In this document: positions 60,665 through 64,000 of the stretch, in pieces | Layout of the letters: each line of letters begins with the position of its first letter | Numbering within the stretch: the first letter of the stretch is position 1 | Assembly (NCBI RefSeq): GCF_036971445.1 | Contig: NC_091477.1 | Span: forward strand, 119,908,001-119,972,000 | Length of the DNA: 64,000 bases | Source of the DNA: Narcine bancroftii | Taxonomy: Eukaryota | Reading direction: 5' to 3' | Position numbers and translations under genes: made by a program | Notes under the pieces: model-generated | The model's database searches: none | Told to the model about the DNA's origin: nothing | What the model saw: the letters and a program-made list of their open reading frames with translations, nothing else

Positions 60665-61689
60665 GTAAGACATCTTAATCAAATGTGATTTTCTGGTAGA
60701 GTCTTTTTTTTTTGTTAAAGCCTTTCTCGTTGCAGTTAAATGACACGCAGCATTCCGTTTTCAAGAAATATGGTGGCAAGAGACATAAGAAACTGTATAT
60801 GTTGGAATCCAGCCCAAAACAATCGGCATGGACAACTGACGGGTTCGAGAGGCATCTGGATTATTCTAGAGTCCAGCCCCATTTTTACTGCACTGGTGAC
60901 AACTCCATAAGACCATAAACAGAGGAGATGATTTAGGCTATTCGGTCCATCGAGCCTTGCGCCCTTGTTACTTCCTGCTAATAAGATCCCCAAGCCCTCA
61001 TCACGTTTCAGCGCCTTTGTTAATCTCAACCTTGGTTCCTTTATGCTATCCATCATATTTTTAAACGTTGCATAATACCTGCCTCAACTACTTCAGCCAG
61101 CAGCCCGTTCCATATACTCTCGACCTTCTGAAATCTCCCACCCTTCACCCCCATCCTCCAGCGCCATCTCCTCAAATTATAGCTTTGTCCTCCGTTTATA
61201 AATTTCCTTACTCTGGGCAAATTTATTTGTGCGTTCACTTAAACACTCCCATGATTGTATGTACCACAACCAGATTGCTCCTCGTCTTCCTATGCTCCAC
61301 AAATAAAACCCCAGCCTACTCAATCTCTCCTAACATCTGGAAACGTCTTCGTAAACCTTTTCTGAAACTTCTCCAGCTGATAACCTTTGTCTTGTAGCGA
61401 GTTAACCAAGGCTGAACACAATAATCCAAAGAGGGCCTCAGCAAACTATTTTACAATTGTGCCATGTGCTCCCAACTTCTATACACATTACAGTCTGATA
61501 ACGGCCAGTGTGGCTAAAGTCTTTTTGACTACGCGATGTAGCTCTGACACGACTTTCAAGGTTCCAGGTGCCTGAGCTGTAAAACACTCTGCAGATCCTT
61601 TGCATTCACTATAAATGTCCCACCCATATTAGATTTCCAAAATTGCGTCCCCTCACATTTCTCAACATTACATTCCATCAAATAAACCA

Positions 61690-62480
61690 ATATGCAAGAT
61701 TCAACGTTCCATTTATTGTCATATAATAAAGACGATGCAATATTACCGACATTTGTTTTCGTCTGCCATAAGGCAGGCAGATTCGCCATCGGCAGAAATT
61801 TCCTGAAGCGTCGCTTACATCCAAAGAAAGAGAAGAAAATGAAAGTCCCCTCAAAGTCCACGGACTCGCTTCCAGCGCTCCCACAGCCCCAGCTGCCACT
61901 CAGAGTTGAGTCCAGACCATTAACAGCCCGAGCTCCAGATTTCAAACTCTGACACGATCAGTAACATTTCAGCGCCCTTGGCACCCTCTCTCATACCACT
62001 TCCAATATCGGGTACCTTGGCAGCCAGTTTGGAGCCAGTCTCCAGCACTACGTCGCACGGTCTGAATCCCAGGGCCACAGTGGCCAGCAGCCCGCCGCCT
62101 GCATAGATATCTCTCATTGAGTCACCAACAGCTTGTGGATTCTTCAGCCTTAGAATTCCTCATTGGTCCGCCGCCGTGGTCACCGACCCCGTGGGGCGTC
62201 TCCTCGGCTTCTCCTTCTCAGAATGGTCACACCGTTTTCTAGTGCCCTGTGCCTATCCTCTACTTCCTTGGAATCTGCAACACTTCGTGGCTGTTGCCTA
62301 TCATGGGCGCTGCCATCTTGGTCGCAGACGCTGCAGTCGCGGGATTTCAAATAAAACCACCGTCGGATCCATTTATAGGCGGTTTAAAGCCTGTGCAGTG
62401 ATCACAGCAGACGGGCTGGGCGGGTGTGACTCCGCTCATCGCTCTCTGCCGATCCGCACCAGCGACAGCGCTGCCACCAC
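61690..62480 (-). repeat. Unclassified GC-rich interspersed repeat with a LINE-like tail
   Basis: caagattcaacgttccatttattgtc end; body related to 10910-11580. Confidence 0.5.
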
Positions 62481-62742
62481 AACAGCTCCGGGAGCACCAT
62501 CATTTTTCCTCTGCCCACCTACTCAACAGACTGAGAGAGGTGGGTATATTTAAACTGTTTATATAGCATTTCGACGGGTTCGTAGATAGGAAAGACTTGG
62601 AGAGGTGGGGGCAAAGCCAGGAAAATGGGTCTAGTCTGGATAAATGTTTTGGCCGGCATGGATATTGGGCAGAAGGGTCTTGTTTCCGTTCTATGTCCCC
62701 CAATCATTCTGATTCCATTTTCTATTGTGGTTGCTTTACCAG

Positions 62743-63579
62743 GTGAGCTATACGGCCACGTGCACATGCCTCAACAATAAGAGGGACTTTCCTTCCTTCT
62801 TCAGAACGATTCCAAATGATTACTTCCAAGCCAAGGCGTTGGCGCAGCTGATCAAGACGTTTGGATGGACCTGGATTGGGACAGTTCGAAGCGACAACGA
62901 TTACGGTAACTTTGGGATGCAGGCGTTCACAGAGGCGGTTCAACAGCTTGGAGTTTGCATTGCCTTCTCCGAGTCTTTCCACAGGACACATTCGAGAGAA
63001 AGATTACTTCACGTTATCCAAATCATACGGACATCCTCCACGAAAATAGTCGTCGCTTTTATCGATCCGAACGACATGGCCATCTTATTGAAGGAAATTG
63101 CCAGGCAAAATATATCTGGCATCCAGTGGGTGGGCAGTGAGGCGTGGATCGCCACTGCGCTTCTACCACCCGAAGAGAACAAGCAGTTTATTACAGGGGC
63201 CATCGGTGTTGCCGTGCGTCAAGTGAATATCCCAGGGTTCGAGGACTTTTTAACCCGTCTCCATCCATCCGACTATCCTGGTAACCTTTTAGTGGAAGCA
63301 TTTTGGGAAGAAACGTTCGGCTGTCGCCTTAAAAGGACGGAGCTCATCACAGGGAGCGCAACGTCGACCTCTCAGGCTCCTCAATGCACAGGAAGGGAGA
63401 GTCTACAAACTGTGTCCAACACCTACACGGATGCATCTCAGCTGAGGGTGACCAACAAAGTCTATGAGGCGACTTACGCCATAGCCCATGCGCTTCACAA
63501 TATGTTCACTTGTGAAAGCGGCAGAGGTCCGTTTGCCAATCGATCTTGCGCCAACACTACACATTTCCAGCCGTGGCAG
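62743..63579 (+). CDS. V2R/OlfC gene D, exon 3
   Basis: VSYTATCTCLN...FQPWQ; accag / gtaggt; 837 nt. Confidence 0.97.
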
Positions 63580-63684
63580 GTAGGTGACTGTCCAGCTCTT
63601 ACAATAATTCATCCACAGTCTGATTTAAAATGCTGCTCTGGGTTAGGTCTGACATTTTTATTTCTCCGTGTCTCTTTACTGAAG

Positions 63685-63912
63685 GTTTTGCATTACCTGC
63701 AATCGATAGATTTCACAACTAAAGTCGGGGAGAGGGTACGGTTCAACGAAAACGAGGACTCCATGGCGACTTACGACATTGTCAACTGGCAGCTAAATGG
63801 TGAGGGGGAAGCGGTTGTTTTGATCGTTGGACGTTATGACGAATCGGCATCCCCAGAAAGACAGGTCACGATAAATGACGGATCGATTGTTTGGAGCGGC
63901 GGTGGCAGCGAG
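63685..63912 (+). CDS. V2R/OlfC gene D, exon 4 (exons 5-6 lie beyond the window end)
   Basis: VLHYLQS...WSGGGSE; gaag / gtaatt; 228 nt. Confidence 0.96.
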
Positions 63913-64000
63913 GTAATTAGTAATAACTTCACTCTTTTTAACAAGACAGTTTTGAAGATTTTAGTTGACGTAAATGTCCACTTACTTTCTGGAAGGTAGG

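Noticed and set aside
62725-63999. 424-aa ORF as a single coding exon
   Set aside because: It is exon 3, a stop-free 105-nt intron, exon 4 and intron read-through. The splice sites match those of B and C.
1-64000. CRISPR array or prokaryotic/viral system
   Set aside because: No regularly spaced repeats, operons or viral ORFs were seen; the content is spliced vertebrate genes and TEs.

Overview
Vertebrate genomic DNA, most likely a cartilaginous fish (inferred from the CR1, Rex1/Babar, Penelope, V-SINE and RTE repeat complement). The window holds part of a tandem cluster of six-exon class C GPCR chemoreceptors of the V2R/OlfC (CaSR-like) type. Gene A is on the minus strand (exons 1-5, 16803 to 1408; the 7TM exon is off the left edge) and sits head-to-head with three close plus-strand paralogs. 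Genes B (23451-33956) and C (42798-53261) are complete, each with a 2601-nt CDS (866 aa). Gene D (57668 onward, exons 1-4) runs off the right edge. Two decayed paralogs lie between genes (about 19.2-22.2 kb and 37.7-38.7 kb). Exon boundaries were read by hand, and sizes and phases agree between paralogs (209-215/292/822-837/228/124/905 nt). The best second-look items are: sharply bounded gene-conversion tracts, including the 7TM exon and one tract between two pseudogenes; a mosaic gene D; an in-frame upstream acceptor for the last exon kept in B and C; many weak AAG/GAG acceptors; a transplanted acceptor plus 21-nt exon stub; a shared homeodomain + O/E-like + TATA promoter; and four young RTE insertions with intact TSDs. 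I see no clear evidence of a wholly new system. No CRISPR array, rRNA or true tRNA gene was seen.
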